From positions 55,134 through 119,133 of the forward strand of contig CAVZLN010000007.1 of assembly GCA_963776245.1 (NCBI GenBank): a stretch of DNA of 64,000 bases, given 5' to 3'. Numbering within the stretch: position 1 is the first letter of the stretch; every line of letters starts with the position of its first letter. Below are positions 36,805 through 47,902 of the stretch, piece by piece. The notes beneath the pieces are model-generated. The model saw nothing but the letters and a program-made list of their open reading frames with translations, had not been told where the DNA came from and made no database searches. Both the position numbers and the translations under genes were made by a program. Source of the stretch: Candidatus Eiseniibacteriota bacterium. GTDB taxonomy: Bacteria > Eisenbacteria > RBG-16-71-46.

Positions 36805-37935
36805 CTAGCGATCCGTGAATTCGCGCACGGTGGCGGCGACGTAGCGGATCTGTTCCTCCGTCAGCTCGGGGTAGATCGGCAGGGCGATGGTCTCCAGCGC
36901 GGCGGCCTCGGCGTGGGGCATCGAGCCCGTCGCGTAGCCGAGCATGCTGAAGCACTTCTGGAGGTGGAGCGGCACCGGGTAGTACACCTCGTTCCCGATG
37001 CCGTGATCGGCGAGGTGCTTGCGCACCTCGTCGCGCTTCTCCACGCGGATGCAGTACTGGTTGTAGATGTGACGCGTGCGCGGGTCGTGGTACGGACGGC
37101 CGAGCTTCGCGCCCTCGAACTGGCGGTTGTAGAGGGCGGCGTTGGCCGCGCGCTTCTCGCTCCAGCGGTCGAGGTGGCGCAGCTTCACGCGCAGGATGGC
37201 GGCCTGGAGGGCGTCCAGACGCGAATTGGTGCCCACCAGCGAGTGGTAGTACTTCGGTTTGGCGCCGTGATTGCAGAGCAGACGCGCCTTTTCGGCGAAC
37301 TCCGCATTCTGCGTCACCATCATGCCGCCGTCCCCGGCCCCACCGAGGTTCTTCGACGGGAAGAAGGAGAAGCAGCCGAAGTCGGTCATCGAGCCGGCGC
37401 GCTTGCCCTCCCACTCCGAGCCGATGGCCTGGGCCGCGTCCTCGATGACGTAGAGCTTGTGCTTGTCGCAGATCGCCTTGATCGCCGGAAGGTCGGCGCA
37501 CTGGCCGAACAGCGACACCGGCATCACGGCCTTGGTGCGCGGGGTGATGGCGGCCTCGAGGCGCAACGGGTCGAGGTTGTAGGTGCGCGGGTCGATGTCC
37601 ACGAACACCGGGGTCGCCCCGTTGTTGGCGATCGTGCCGGCGCTGGCGAAGAACGAGTACGCGCTGGTGATCACCTCGTCGCCGGGGCCGATCCCGAGCG
37701 CCCACATCGCCATCAGCAGCGCGTCGGTGCCCGAGGCGCAGGCGACGGCGTGCGCGCACTGCGAGTAGCGCGCCACCTCTTCCTCGAGGCCCTTGACCTC
37801 GGGGCCGCCGATGAAGTGCTGGCTCTCCATGACGCTCTTCACGGCCGCGTCGAGGTCCGCGCGGAGGTCCGCGTATTGCGCCTTGAGGTCCAGCAGCGGC
37901 ACCTGCATGGTGGCTTTGGAGGACATCGCGCTCAT
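36805..37935 (-). CDS. DegT/DnrJ/EryC1/StrS aminotransferase (WbpE-like)
   Basis: VPLLDLKAQY, ASGTDAL, IEDAAQAIG, SFFPSKNLG..GDGG, NSRLDALQAA. Confidence 0.92.
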   Translation of the reverse strand: MSAMSSKATMQVPLLDLKAQYADLRADLDAAVKSVMESQHFIGGPEVKGLEEEVARYSQCAHAVACASGTDALLMAMWALGIGPGDEVITSAYSFFASAGTIANNGATPVFVDIDPRTYNLDPLRLEAAITPRTKAVMPVSLFGQCADLPAIKAICDKHKLYVIEDAAQAIGSEWEGKRAGSMTDFGCFSFFPSKNLGGAGDGGMMVTQNAEFAEKARLLCNHGAKPKYYHSLVGTNSRLDALQAAILRVKLRHLDRWSEKRAANAALYNRQFEGAKLGRPYHDPRTRHIYNQYCIRVEKRDEVRKHLADHGIGNEVYYPVPLHLQKCFSMLGYATGSMPHAEAAALETIALPIYPELTEEQIRYVAATVREFTDR

Positions 37936-37961
37936 GGTGCTCTCCTCTCTATGACGAGGGT

Positions 37962-38723
37962 CTAGGAATCGACCCAGCCCTGGTTCTCGAGCAACTGTTC
38001 GACCGGAACGTCACGCCACACCCGGGCGGGGGAACCCAGCACGATCTTGCGCGCGGGCACGTCCTTCGTGACCACCGATCCGGCCGCGACCAGCGCGTCC
38101 TCGCCGATGACCACGCCCGGCAGCATCACCGAGCCGGCGCCGATGCGCGCCCCGCGCTTCACGGTCACGCCCTTGAAGTGCTTGAAGCGCTCGGCGGTGC
38201 GGCCGACGAAATTGTCGTTCGACGTCACCACGCCGGGGGCGACGAACACGCGATCCTCGAGCGTCGAGTACGCGGTGATGTAGCACTCGCTCTCCAGCTT
38301 GCAGTAGCGGCCCACGGTGCAGAAGTTCTCCACCGTCACGCCGCGGCCGACGATGGTGCCGCGCCCGATGGTGACGTTCTCGCGGATGGTGGCGAGATCG
38401 GCCATCAGCACCTTGCCGTCGATCTTCGCGCCGCGGTAGAGCACCACGCCGGTGCCGACGATGCACAGGTCGCCGATCTCGAGCGCAGGGAGCGCCTGGT
38501 CCGAGGTGGTCGCCGAGTTGGCCGCCTTCATCGGAAGCTTCCCGAGCGAGGCGTGGTCGTCGATGCGCACGTCGTTGCCCACCACCGTGCCCGCGTGGAT
38601 CACCACGTGGTGGCCGATCCGGCAGCCGGTGCCGAGCGTGACGTCGGCGCCGACGACGCACTGCTCCCCGAACGTCGTCCCGGCGCCGATCCGGGCACTG
38701 GGGTGCATCAGCCCGGCGCTCAC
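37962..38723 (-). CDS. hexapeptide-repeat N-acetyltransferase (WbpD-like)
   Basis: Left-handed beta-helix hexapeptide repeats, AGSVVTKDVP, GSPAR; start GTG 38723 or ATG 38708. Confidence 0.85.
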   Translation of the reverse strand: MSAGLMHPSARIGAGTTFGEQCVVGADVTLGTGCRIGHHVVIHAGTVVGNDVRIDDHASLGKLPMKAANSATTSDQALPALEIGDLCIVGTGVVLYRGAKIDGKVLMADLATIRENVTIGRGTIVGRGVTVENFCTVGRYCKLESECYITAYSTLEDRVFVAPGVVTSNDNFVGRTAERFKHFKGVTVKRGARIGAGSVMLPGVVIGEDALVAAGSVVTKDVPARKIVLGSPARVWRDVPVEQLLENQGWVDS

Positions 38724-39757
38724 GCGACCCCCTGCGTCAGCGGGGCGATGGCCACCGGAGCGCCCCCCGCGGCCAGCGACCGCTGCGCGGCGTCGAGGAC
38801 CTTGACCACCTTGAGCCCGCTCTCGCCGTCGGTCGCGGGGGTCTTGCGGTCGCGCACGCAGTCCACGAAGTGCTGGCACTCGAGCTTGAGCGGCTCCTGC
38901 AGGGAGACCTTCGGGATCACGATGTCGCCGCTGCGCACCGTGAGGGCGTCGCCGTACGACACCACCTGCCCCGCGCGGTCCACGCCCTTGTCGTACACGC
39001 GGATCTTCTCGCTCGCGTCCATGTCGTCGAACACCACCATCTTCTGGCTGCCGACCACGGTGAGCTTGCGCAGCTTGTGCGGGTCGAGCCACGAGACGTG
39101 GACGTGCGCCTGCTTGCCGCCCGGGAAGCGCAGGTCCACGAACACCACGTCCTCCACCCCCTTCTGGAGGAAGGCGGAGCCGCGCGCGGCGACGTCCACG
39201 GGCTCGGCGTCGAGCAGGTGGAGGATCACCGACAGGTCATGGGGCGCGAACGACCACAGCGCGTTCTCGTCCTTGCGCACCTTCCCCAGGTTCACGCGCT
39301 GCGAATAGAGGTAGTACACGTCGCCGAGGTCGCCGCGCGTGACCATGTCCTTCACGTAGCGCACCGCCGGATGGTAGATGAGCAGGTGGCCGACCATCAG
39401 GATCCGGTGCTTCGCGCGGGCGATGCGCACCAGTTCCTCGGCGTGGGCGACCTCGAGGGTGATCGGCTTCTCGACGTACACGTCCTTCCCCGCCTCGAGC
39501 ATGGCCTTGGCGAGCGGGTAGTGGCTCACCGCGGAGGCGGCGATGACCACCGCCTGCACGTCCGGGGCGAGCGCGATCTCCGCGGGGTTGGGCACCGCGC
39601 GGGCCTGCGGGTACTGGCCCACGGTGCGGGCGAGACGCGCGGCATCGAGGTCGCACAGGGCGGCCAGGCGCGCGCCGGGCAGATTGGCGAAATTCCGGAT
39701 GAGGTTGGCACCCCAGTCACCGGTCCCGACCACCGCGATCCCTACGGCTTCCGACAT
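38720..39757 (-). CDS. Gfo/Idh/MocA oxidoreductase (WbpB-like)
   Basis: VVGTGDWG, VYVEKP, LMVGH, WSFAPHD, VSWLDPHK. Confidence 0.88.
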   Translation of the reverse strand: MSEAVGIAVVGTGDWGANLIRNFANLPGARLAALCDLDAARLARTVGQYPQARAVPNPAEIALAPDVQAVVIAASAVSHYPLAKAMLEAGKDVYVEKPITLEVAHAEELVRIARAKHRILMVGHLLIYHPAVRYVKDMVTRGDLGDVYYLYSQRVNLGKVRKDENALWSFAPHDLSVILHLLDAEPVDVAARGSAFLQKGVEDVVFVDLRFPGGKQAHVHVSWLDPHKLRKLTVVGSQKMVVFDDMDASEKIRVYDKGVDRAGQVVSYGDALTVRSGDIVIPKVSLQEPLKLECQHFVDCVRDRKTPATDGESGLKVVKVLDAAQRSLAAGGAPVAIAPLTQGVA

Positions 39758-39816
39758 GGCATCCTCTCAGTACGGCGGGTCCAGAAGGAGACGCGTGGGG
39801 GCATCCGATCCAGCGC

Positions 39817-39846
39817 AGCCTAGCAGCGGCGCGGAAACGCGGTCAA
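39817..39846 (-). promoter_or_regulatory. putative sigma70 promoter (TTGACC-N18-TAGGCT, extended TG)
   Basis: Hexamers ~60 nt upstream of the oxidoreductase ATG; GAGGA RBS. Confidence 0.5.
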
Positions 39847-39879
39847 CGCGCCGGCCCGCGCCGCGCGGCGCGCGGGCGC

Positions 39880-40890
39880 TCAGGCCGCCATCGGCCACAG
39901 CGTCTCCACGCGGTTCTTGCCGCGCTGCTTGGCGAGGTAGAGCGCGCGGTCCGAGGCCTGCAGCAGGCTGGTCGGATCGGACGCGTCCACCGGGTAGGTC
40001 GCGACTCCGAGGCTCACGGTGATGGCGCCGCGCGGCGCGAGCGGGAAGGTGTGCGCCTCCACCGCGGTCCGCATGCGCTCCCCCGCCACCAGCGCGCCGT
40101 CGCGATCGGTCTGCGGCAGGATGAGCGTGAACTCGTCGCCGCCGTACTTGGCGACCAGGTCGAACGAACGCACGTGCTCGGCGAACAGCCCGGCCAGTTC
40201 ACGCAGCAGGAACGAGCCGCGCAGGTGACCGTGACGGTCGTTGTACGCCTTCAGGTTGTCCACGTCGATCATCACGATCGACAATTCCTGGCGGAAGCGT
40301 CCGGCGCGCTTGATCTCGCGCCGCAGCGCGCTCTTGAGGAAGCGGTAGTTGTAGACCTGCGTCAGGTCGTCGGTGATGGCGAGCTTCTCGACGCTCTCCG
40401 AGAGGCGCACGTTCTCGAGGGCCATCGAGGTCCAGGCGCCCAGCAGGGTCACCAGGTTGATCTCGTCGGACGAGAACGACGCGGCGGCGTGGCGGCGGTA
40501 GACCGCCAGATACGCGGGCGACTGGTCGCGCTGGCGCAGCGGCACGAACACCGCGGGGCCGGCGTCGAGCCCGGGGCAGCGGTCGTCGATGCCGAGCCGG
40601 CCGTCCTCCGCCGCGTTGGGGGTGGCCAGCGGCGCCCCGCTGCGGAGCAGCAGGCGCGCGAACTCGCTCCCCGTCCGCTCGGCGTCCCGGCGCTCGGGGC
40701 GCTCGAGGTCGCGCCGCATGAGCCAGCGCTCGCTCTGGCGGCTGGTGCCGCTCAGCACCACGGCACCGTCGCATTCGGCGACGGTGAGCGCGGTGAGGAG
40801 CACCCGCTCGAGCAGTCCGCCGCGCGCACGGGATCCGGTGCGCGCGGAGAGGTCGAGGAGGGACTCCATGATCTTCTCGCGGCTGAGCAT
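39880..40890 (-). CDS. GAF-domain diguanylate cyclase
   Basis: TDDLTQVYN, MIDVDNLKAYND..GH, RSFD I-site, KYGGDEF, ALYLAKQRGKN. Confidence 0.92.
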   Translation of the reverse strand: MLSREKIMESLLDLSARTGSRARGGLLERVLLTALTVAECDGAVVLSGTSRQSERWLMRRDLERPERRDAERTGSEFARLLLRSGAPLATPNAAEDGRLGIDDRCPGLDAGPAVFVPLRQRDQSPAYLAVYRRHAAASFSSDEINLVTLLGAWTSMALENVRLSESVEKLAITDDLTQVYNYRFLKSALRREIKRAGRFRQELSIVMIDVDNLKAYNDRHGHLRGSFLLRELAGLFAEHVRSFDLVAKYGGDEFTLILPQTDRDGALVAGERMRTAVEAHTFPLAPRGAITVSLGVATYPVDASDPTSLLQASDRALYLAKQRGKNRVETLWPMAA

Positions 40891-40939
40891 TCAGGCGTCC
40901 TGCCGGTTCGAGTATGGGCGTTGAAACCCACTCGATATC

Positions 40940-40954
40940 GCAACGCCTATGCCA
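40940..40954 (-). promoter_or_regulatory. sigma54 (-24/-12) promoter TGGCATAGGCGTTGC upstream of the diguanylate cyclase
   Basis: Fits TGGCAC-N5-TTGC with exact GG-N10-GC spacing, ~50 nt upstream of ATG 40890. Confidence 0.65.
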
Positions 40955-40969
40955 CGGGGATCCGCGGGC

Positions 40970-42019
40970 TTAGAGTCGTGGCCGCGGACCGGATGCGCGG
41001 CCGATGAGCGTCAGGGTCCGGACCAGGAACCCGACCGTCCCGCCGATCAGGAGGATCTCCAGTCCTTTGTCATACCATGGGCTCAAGGGCAAGGTGGAGC
41101 GCGAGTTGAAGTACGCGACCGTGCCGTACGCCAGGGCCGCGGTCAGGCCCGCGGAGGTCAGGGCGGAGACGATCGCCCAGGTCCGCCACTCGTTCTCCCG
41201 GGCATCCGAGGGTTGGGGCATCTCGCCATGGCCGGCTCCCGGGGCGCGTGCATCCTGCACGGTGGTGGGTCGGCCGGCCAACCCTTCACCGTCGCGTGGT
41301 CGGCGCTCAGCCACCCACAGCCGGGCGGCGCCCAGCAGGAAGCCCCGCCGCTCCATGACCTCGAACCCCGCTCCCGTGAGGGCCGCCTCGAAGGCACCGC
41401 CGTCCCCGAACTCGAAGATGGACTCGGCGAGGTAGCGGTAGGCGGTCGGGTCCGGGGACAGCAGGCCCAGCCGCGGCACCACGTGGCGCAGCCAGAAGCG
41501 ATGGAACGGCGCCAGCGGTCCGGGCGCCGGCGCGGTCGCCTCGAGCACCGCGAGCACGCCGTGCGGCCGCAGCACCCGCGCCAGCTCGGCGAGCGCCGCG
41601 GCCTGCGGGCGCAGGTTGCGCATGCCGAAGGCCACGGTGACGGCGTCGAGGACCGCGCCGCGCAGCGGCAGGTGGAACGCGTCCGCGCACGCCAGCCGCG
41701 GGGCCCAGCCGGTGGTGCCCTGCTGGTCGGCGGCGATCTCGAGCATCGCGAGGCTCACGTCCATGCCGAGCACCAGCCGGCCCGGGCGGCGCAGCCCCGC
41801 GAGCGACACCCCGCTGCCGGTGCACAGATCGAGCACGGCGCGCGCGTTCTCGGGCACCGCGAGCCACAGGGTGCGGCGCCAGGCGTCGTCCCGGCCGAGG
41901 GTCATGAGCCGATTGAGCAGGTCGTAGCGGCCCGACACGCCGTCGAACATCTCGGCCATCGCGCCAGCGGCGCGCGGCTCGAAGCGGCTGCTGTGCTCCG
42001 GTGGGATCTCGGGGGTCAT
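40970..42019 (-). CDS. menG: UbiE/MenG-family quinone methyltransferase with C-terminal two-TM extension
   Basis: MFDGVSGRYDLLNRLMTLG.D..WR, LDLCTGSG, VAFGMRN, RVLRP.G, AYRYLAESI. Confidence 0.78.
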   Translation of the reverse strand: MTPEIPPEHSSRFEPRAAGAMAEMFDGVSGRYDLLNRLMTLGRDDAWRRTLWLAVPENARAVLDLCTGSGVSLAGLRRPGRLVLGMDVSLAMLEIAADQQGTTGWAPRLACADAFHLPLRGAVLDAVTVAFGMRNLRPQAAALAELARVLRPHGVLAVLEATAPAPGPLAPFHRFWLRHVVPRLGLLSPDPTAYRYLAESIFEFGDGGAFEAALTGAGFEVMERRGFLLGAARLWVAERRPRDGEGLAGRPTTVQDARAPGAGHGEMPQPSDARENEWRTWAIVSALTSAGLTAALAYGTVAYFNSRSTLPLSPWYDKGLEILLIGGTVGFLVRTLTLIGRASGPRPRL

Positions 42020-42052
42020 CGCGGGTGAGCCGATGGGTGCGGAGGGTGTGGG

Positions 42053-42129
<77 letters not shown>

Positions 42130-42165
42130 AGCGGTGAACGTTTATAGCACACGGGAGGCGGGGCG

Positions 42166-43339
<1,174 letters not shown>

Positions 43340-43362
<23 letters not shown>

Positions 43363-44003
43363 CGCTCTCCCTCACCGCGGCGACGAAGCGCCGCACGAGA
43401 TCGGGGTCCTTGATCCCCGGCGCGGTCTCGAGCCGCGACGAGGCGTCCACGCCGAACGGCTGCACCTCGGCCACCGCCGCCGCGACGTTCGCGGCCGACA
43501 GTCCGCCGGCGAGCATGACGTCGCGGGTGCGCGCGAGCGCCGCGGCCTCGTGCCACGGGTAGCGCTCCCCGGTGCCGCCCGCGAAGGTGGGATGCGCGGT
43601 GTCGAGCAGCACCAGGTGCGGCAGCGGAGGCAGCGCGCCGTTGATGCGGCCGTCGGGCTCGACCGGCACGCCGAAGCTCACCGGCAGCGGGAAGTCCGCG
43701 GGCCACGCCAGCGGATCGACCCGGTGCAGCTGCACGCGCGCGGCCCGCCATCTCGCGCGCCATGCGCAGCGCGTCGTCGGGCCACGGCGTCACCATCACC
43801 GCCACCGCCACCGTGGCGCCGCTGCGCGCCACCAGGTCGGCGGCGAGCGCCGGCTCCACGCGGCGCGGGCTCGCGCCCTTGATCACGAAACCGAGCCAGT
43901 CGGCACCGGCCGCGAGCGCGGCGCGGGCGTCCTCGAGCCGGGTGATCCCGCACACCTTCACGATCGTGCGGTGAGGTCGCGGGCGGGCGGAGGCGGGAGC
44001 CAC
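43340..44003 (-). CDS. trpF: phosphoribosylanthranilate isomerase (frameshift near 43745)
   Basis: [11 protein letters not shown]; after the shift QLH, LLD..GGTG, LAGGL...NV, GVDASS.LE.APGIKD. Confidence 0.88.
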
Positions 44004-44019
44004 GGTGCGGGTCCCGGCC

Positions 44020-44832
44020 TCAGCCGCGCGCGGCGGCCATCAGCGAGGCGAGGGTCGCGGCCGGGTCGGGGCTCACCATGAACGCCTCGCCGATCAGCGC
44101 CGCGTCGCAGCGGGTCGCGCGCAGACGCGCGAGGTCGGCGGGGCTGGCAGATCCCGCTCTCGGCCACCGCGGTGACCATCGGCGGCACCAGCGGCAGGAG
44201 CTCGAGCGCGGTCTCGGGGCGCACCTCGAAGGTGTGCAGGTCGCGGTTGTTGATGCCCACCACGGTCGCGCCCGGCGCGCACCGCCCCGCGCAATTCGTC
44301 GGCGTCGTGCACCTCGACCAGGCAGTCGAGGCCCACCAGCCGCGCCTCGGTGATGAAGCGCTGCAGCTCGGTCTCGGAGAGCAGGGCCGCCAGCAGGAGC
44401 ACCGCGTCGGCCCCGCGTGCCGCGGCGTCGAGGATCTGGTAGGGGTCGACCACGAAGTCCTTCATGAGCAGCGGCAGCTTCACGGCCGGGCGCACCGCGT
44501 CCACCCACGCCGGGTCACCCCGGAAATGGTCGGGCTCGGTCACCAGCGACACCGCCGCGGCGCCGCCGGCGGCGTAGAGCGACGCCTGCGCCACCGGATC
44601 GACGTCGGCCTGGAGCATGCCCTTCGAAGGTGACGCTCGTTTCACCTCGCACACCAGGCGCAGCGGCCGTCCGGGCGCGCCGCGACGCAGCGCGCGCTCG
44701 AGGCGCCCGGCGGGCTCGATGGCGCCGAGGCGGGCGCGCAGCGCGTGCGCGGGCACGCGGAGCCGTCGCCTCGGCCACGCGCCGGGCCCGGTCGCCGGCG
44801 ATGTGGGCGAGGAAGTCCGCGCCTCGGGTCAT
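44020..44832 (-). CDS. trpC: indole-3-glycerol phosphate synthase (frameshifts near 44760, 44275, 44145)
   Basis: [54 protein letters not shown]. Confidence 0.88.
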
Positions 44833-44843
44833 GGCCTCTCCCG

Positions 44844-45848
44844 TCAGCCGCGGAACGCGGCGAGCTCGGTGAGCCGGGTGGCGGCGGCGCCGCTGTCGAT
44901 GGCGGCGGCGGCGCGCTTCACGCCCGCGGCCAGGTCGTCGCACCCACCCGCCACCACCAGCGCCGCGCCGCTGTTGAGGAGCACGATGTCGCGGGCCGCG
45001 CCGGTCTCCCCCCGCAGCACGCCGCGGATCCGCTCGGCGTTGGCGGCCGCGTCGCCGCCGCTCACCTGCGCGCGGTCGGTGTGCGACAGGCCGAGCGCCG
45101 CGGGGTCCACCTCGAACTCCCGGATGGTGCCGTCCCGCAGTTCGGCGACATGGCTCTTCGCGAACACCGACAGCTCGTCGAGGCCGTCGAGCCCGTGCAC
45201 CACCCAGGCCCGTTCGCTGCCGAGGATGCGCAGCACGTCGGCGACCGGGAGCACCAGGTTGTCCGAGAACACGCCGAGCAGCTGGCGCCGGGCGCCGGCC
45301 GGGTTGGTGAGCGGGCCGAGCACGTTGAAGATGGTGCGCACGCCGATCTCGCGCCGCGCGGTGTTCGCGTGCCGCAGCGCGGTGTGGTAGTTGGGCGCGA
45401 ACAGGAAGGTCAGGCCCAGCAGGTCGAGCGAGCGCCCCGCGCTCTCGGGGGTGAGGTCGATCGGCACGCCCAGCGACTCGAGCACGTCGGCGCTGCCGGT
45501 GCGGCTCGACACCGCGCGGTTGCCGTGCTTGGCGACCGCGACGCCGCACGAGGCGGTGACGATCGCCACGGTGGTCGAGATGTTGAAGGTGCCGGCGTTG
45601 TCGCCGCCGGTGCCGCAGGTGTCGAGCAGCGGCGCGCGGCGGGTGCGGATCACCGGCAGTCGCTCGCGCATCGCCTGGGCGAAGCCGGCGATCTCCGTCG
45701 GCGGTCTCGTGCTTCATGCGCAGCGCCACGGCGAGCGCCGCGATCTGGGCCGCGGTCGCGTCGCCGGCGAGGATCTGATCCATCACGGCGTGACACAGTT
45801 CCTGTGGCAGATCCTCGCGCAGGACGGCCTTGGCGATGGCGGACACGA

Positions 45849-45852
<4 letters not shown>
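44844..45852 (-). CDS. trpD: anthranilate phosphoribosyltransferase (frameshift near 45700)
   Basis: AQIAALAVALRMKHET; DTCGTGGD, FNIST, KHGNRAVSS.TGSADVLE, RTIFNVLGPLTNP. Confidence 0.92.
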
Positions 45853-46435
<583 letters not shown>

Positions 46436-46439
<4 letters not shown>

Positions 46440-47902
46440 GGCTGGCCCCGCTCGGCGCGCTGCACCGCGACCCACAGCGCGCGGCCCTTGCTGAGGGTCT
46501 CCTCCCACTCGGTCTCGGGATCGGAGTCGGCGACGATGCCGGCGCCCACCCCCCAGTACGCCCGGCCGTTGGCGTACACCAGCGTGCGGATGGCGATCGC
46601 CAGGTCGAGGTTGCCGTGATAGTCGAAGTGGCCGACCGCGCCCGCGTACACCCCGCGGCGCATCGGCTCGAGGTCCTCGATGATCTCCATCGCGCGCACC
46701 TTGGGGGCGCCCGACACCGTGCCCGCGGGGAAGCACGCGCGCACCACGTCGAGCGGGGTGAGCCCCGGCCGGGCGCGGCCGCGCACGTTGGAGACCAGGT
46801 GCATGACCTGGGAGTAGCGCTCCACCACCATGTACTCGTTGGTCTCGACCGAGCCGAACTCCGAGACCCGGCCGACGTCGTTGCGGCCGAGGTCCACGAG
46901 CATCACGTGCTCCGCGCGCTCCTTCTCCGAGGCGCGCAGCTCCTCCTCGAGACGGCGGTCCTCCTCGGCGGTGCGCCCGCGCGGGCGCGTGCCGGCGATC
47001 GGCCGCACTTCGACCACGCCCTCGGTGCGGCGCACCAGCGCCTCGGGGCTCGAGCCCACCAGCGCGAAGTCGCCGAGGTGCAGGAAGTACATGTAGGGCG
47101 ACGGGTTGGTGACGCGCAGCGCGCGGTAGCCCTCGAACGCGGGCTGCGTGACCGGCGCACTCATGCGATGCGCGAGCACCACCTGGAAGACGTCGCCGGC
47201 GCGGATGTGCTCGCGGGCGCGCTCCACCCCCGCCATGAAGCCCACGCGGGTCGAGGTGGACTCGGGCTCGGCGGGTGACACGCCCGCGACCGGCTCGCTC
47301 CAGTCGAGCGGACGGCGCAGGCGCACGACCTCGCCCTCGATGCGCTCCACCGCGGCGTGCCACGCGGCGTCCGGATCGTCGCCGCCGCGTGCGTGGGTGA
47401 CCACCTTGAGCGTGTGGGTGAGGTTGTCGAACACGCTCACCACGTCCCCGAACAGGAAGACGGCATCGGGCAGCCCGACGTCCTCCTTGTCCCCCGCCGG
47501 CACGCGCTCGTACCAGCGCACGGTGTCGTACCCCAGATAGCCCACCGCGCCGCCGCAGAACTTCGGCAGCCCGGGGAGCGCCACGGCCTGGTGCTGCTGG
47601 AGGAGATCGGCCAGCTCCTCGAGCGGATGGCGCGCCAGCACGGTGGTCTTCCCGCCGCGGATCACCTCGCAGCGGTCGCCGCGCGCGATGAACACCAGCG
47701 ACGGGCGGCTGCCGAGGATGGAATAGCGGCCCCACTTCTCGCCGCCCTCGACGCTCTCGAGGAGGAAGCCATAGGGGCCGTCGTCGATCTTGCGGAAGGC
47801 CGACACCGGGGTGTCGTGGTCGGCGAACACCTCGCGGTAGACCGGCACCAGCCGGCCCCCTCGGGCGAGCGCGCGGAACTCAGGGAGCGAAGGGACGATC
47901 AT
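46436..47902 (-). CDS. trpE: anthranilate synthase component I
   Basis: LLESVEGGEKWGRYS, NPSPYM, SSPE, PIAGTRPRG, EHVMLVDLGRND, GTVSGAPKVRAM. Confidence 0.95.
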
